From the NCBI GenBank assembly GCA_002633005.1, contig NMRA01000205.1, positions 171,645-235,644 of the forward strand: a DNA stretch of 64,000 nt, read 5' to 3'. The DNA comes from Phoronis australis (Eukaryota > Animalia > Phoronida). Positions 60,744-64,000 of this stretch are shown here, one piece after another. Position 1 is the first letter of the stretch. Each line of letters starts with the position of its first letter. The notes under the pieces are model-generated. The model was not told the origin of the DNA. It searched no databases and saw nothing but the letters and a program-made list of their open reading frames with translations. Both the position numbers and the translations under genes were made by a program.

Positions 60744-62600
60744 GTTTCGCCACACATCGCGACGATTGATCTCGATTTCCAGCACCGTAGCTCAAGATCG
60801 GGACAGTGCCTTAAACAATGAGTTAGTTGTCAAGACTTGTCTTCGTATGTATATAAAACTGTTTTCGAAATAAAATTTGCGTTTATATTTTCCAGAGGGT
60901 TCACATCATTACCTCCTTTGATAGAGGTGTACAGAAAATGCGTTCATTCTGTCACGACGAATTCAAATAAACAACAGTGCATTTCAATCCTTTCCGGGAT
61001 ACAGTGGTTAGTCACTGACAAGGTGCCCCTAAAGATGGGGCTGCAACGTCGCCAGCAGAAACGATGAAACAACAAACGTGACACCTGGGTGTTCTTTATT
61101 TTCCTTTCCCATAAAAAGAAGACAGTGACATAAAAATTTATGATTTTGCCATGTAATGGCCTTAGGACTGTTCGTGAGCGCAGTTTTTTGAGAAATCAAC
61201 TATGAATAAATCATACTGCGTTCAGTTGCCGGCTTTACTGATGTAATAATCAGTGTCTGCTGACAGAAAGTTGTTGTGAAACAATAACTCGATTTTCTAT
61301 GCTATGGTCAGATATTAGGGGAATCCTTATTCAGATATATTCAGATATACATACAGTATTCAAATCATTGTTATAATTGTGTACCTTTTCCCTGAACGAT
61401 TCTGTGGAAGAGGAACCTGGTCTCGCGGCCCCCGACGTGTAAGTAGATTTGCAATTTTGCGGCGAATTCAGACACCAAAACATTCATGTGCACATTATTT
61501 CTTTGGTTCACTAGTCTAGTCCTTTCGTGGTCCTTTCGCAGCCAACTAACCCGGCTGATTTATGTTCATAATGTCTACAGTCCAGCCATGACGGGCCTGA
61601 TCGGGTTCCGAGCCACTGGGTTATAACCAGCCTTTTATATTTAGAACTGAAAAAATTCGCAAGTCTTAAATTACAATACACAGCTATGCTCTCCTGTCTG
61701 TATTCCATGGAGTAAAAATTCTAATTTATCTCCGAACAGACTCCAAACTTCCCGTTACCGACCTCGGTAAGGGGCCTACCGAACTTTGTACATGTAGTCT
61801 GCGGTACGTTAAATATTTCTATAAATCCGTAACAGCGAAAGAAAACAACTCATTTGTTTAAAAATTTAATGCATTTTAGGGGTTTTGCATCAAATTTTGA
61901 TGATTTGATGATTTATTTGTGTAAAACAGTGAATTCAATCGATAAGCTGACACCAATAAGCATCTTATGAATTGCTGAGCACACTGTGTTAGAAGCTGTG
62001 ACGTCATTGGTTCATTTCAGCACCTCCGTCTGCCGTCTGGTGTCAGGTAAAAGAAGTGATCTTGCTGTTATCGAGTGAAACTACTCGATCTAAATTGATA
62101 CAAAATACGTTGTTTCTATGGTGGTATTCGCCTTTGAGCAGTCCTCGTTCCGTCACCTGATAGTTCATCACTGACGTCAACCTTCCAAGTTAAATGCCTA
62201 TACCAACTAAAAACTCATGCTCCCTGTGCCACACATTGGGCATTATGGTCCTTTGTGGGTGGGCTTTTCCACAGTTACCGTGTAATTTACTAAAAGCGTA
62301 GGCCACGCTTGTCCGTTTAGTAGAGTTTGAAAGGAGTTTTCAAATTTCCTTCTAAGCTTTTGAGGGTTGTCGAGGGTTACATAGCATTATTTTGTTTCAG
62401 AGAACATGAAGGCAAAGTCGTTTTAGTATCCGTGAATTGGCCAAAACCGGGTTTGGAATCCTTTTGAACCACCTTCTGTGTTATCTGAGCGGTTATCAGT
62501 ATCAAAGTTCAGTCACATCCGGTATTTGAGCGAGAAAAAATCCATCCACTGTGCGATGTTCTTCGTCCTCAACAAACTCGTTCGATGAGGCCTGTGAAAC

Positions 62601-63374
62601 GGATTGTTTTAAAATCCCCTCCACTTCTACACTCCACGACCACGTCGACCTATGGACCACGAGCCCCTCAACCCACGACTCCTTTGACCCACGTCCCACT
62701 ACTTACAATACTCGAAGCCGGGTTCGGCTCGGTCAACTTATTGACTCACCTTTGTCTGGCCGTAAGCTCAGCTGGCTTTCTTTATTTTTTGCCATTAATT
62801 GTAGCCAAAACAAAAACAAAAAAAAAAAAACAACGCGACCAAATTAAATCAAGTGCCTACCAATGTTACAAAGTGTCTCGTTCTGGCAGAGTGCAAACGT
62901 CTCCTCTTCTTTTTAGTGAATGGCAGGTTCAAGCTATTATGAGGAGAGTGCGAGCAGGCCACGAATACGTATTTTTTTCAGTAAATACAGTTTGAAAAAA
63001 CAATATGTTACATGTAGCATCTCGTAAGCGAATATACGACAGAAATCAAATAATAAAACTGAAATTATGTGTATAAAGGTTTTCACACTCGCTCCCTAAA
63101 TTAGGTAGAACAGAGACATTGGTAGCCGTGGAACTATTTCCGTGACAACAACAGCACTCTCACAATCCCCCATTTAATGTGTTCTTGTATCACTTTCTGT
63201 TTTTAATCACCTTTATTGATCCAGAGCAGTAGGTAAGTCTAAGGGGAAAGGCAATCAGCAACGTAATTAGTTTTTGAACTGGGTAAAAAGAGCAAAGATG
63301 CCTCTATTGCCGTTGGTCGTGGGTCGAGGGCCGGATCTTGGGATGTGGGGGTCGAGGGGGTTCTAGAACAATCC
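62601..63374. mobile_element. MULE-type element, duplicated copy of 50979-51752
   Basis: Same TIRs and length (774 bp); flanks CTGTGAAAC and CAGTGAAAC. Confidence 0.85.
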
Positions 63375-64000
63375 CAGTGAAACTGCAGTCATTTTCTAGT
63401 GTCAATGATAGACCCCATTATGTGGGAAACCATTTCGTTCATTTGATTTTCTCACATAACTTTTATTTCACGATTACATGAATTTTGTCACACGATACGA
63501 CTCGCGTACGCATGAGCATAACTTCGCCCTTATGTACACGACAGGGGCGGATCCAGGATTTTGATTTAGGGGAGGGGGCAGGGCAGAGTATTTGCCACTG
63601 AGGATTTTGCCCGTCAGACATTCGTACCCTTAAAGTGACAAATGGAATCGGGAAGAATTTTAGGTGGGCCATTAATGAGGGAAGTTCACAGGTCTGCGTG
63701 CATGGCCACTCTCCATGGGGTGTGTGAACCAGGTTGTTCGGTAGAGTGCTAGAGGACGGATTGGCTCTTAAATATTGAATGTTTCTCTGAGTACAACTTT
63801 CCCTTTCACTTTTAATTAACGGGTTGTGCTCATTTTTGATGTAGTAAAAACTCGCGCACAACTTTTTCAACCGGTCGCGCGTAGGGAAACAAATTCGAAT
63901 TTTATTTACTCTGTTCGGATATGAAAATATTTTCCCATAATTCTCTTTATGAGTTACAGGAATTTATTGCCCACTTGCCTTTTGCAAACAACAGGTCAAC

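Larger units (their letters stand above)
54266..64000 (+). repeat. Segmental tandem duplication, copy 2 (with Academ insertion)
   Basis: Colinear with 45768-52343 once 56838-60743 is removed. Confidence 0.93.

Overview
Eukaryotic (metazoan, probably marine lophotrochozoan; inferred) genomic DNA with no prokaryotic operon, rRNA, tRNA or CRISPR signal. The left part holds a six-coding-exon SLC16/MCT transporter gene on the minus strand (16998->2855, 571 aa), with TE-filled introns. These include a young Kolobok deletion derivative (THAP transposase plus a KolX/P2X7-ballast-like ORF) and hAT-like elements with 5-bp TSDs. The 20-27 kb interval is mostly decayed transposons: a Crypton relic containing a 22x49-bp array and a solo LTR, an 8-bp-TSD TIR element, and an inverted Harbinger-MITE dimer. 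The right half is a cluster of membrane-protein genes with single-exon coding regions: a Sushi-TM receptor, an LRR-Ig-GPI protein broken by one in-frame TGA, and a tandemly duplicated divergent TRPV5/6-like channel. The duplication carries MULE and Academ insertions, a Penelope fragment with a minimal hammerhead lies between the two copies, and there is a probable assembly patch at the single N (55681).
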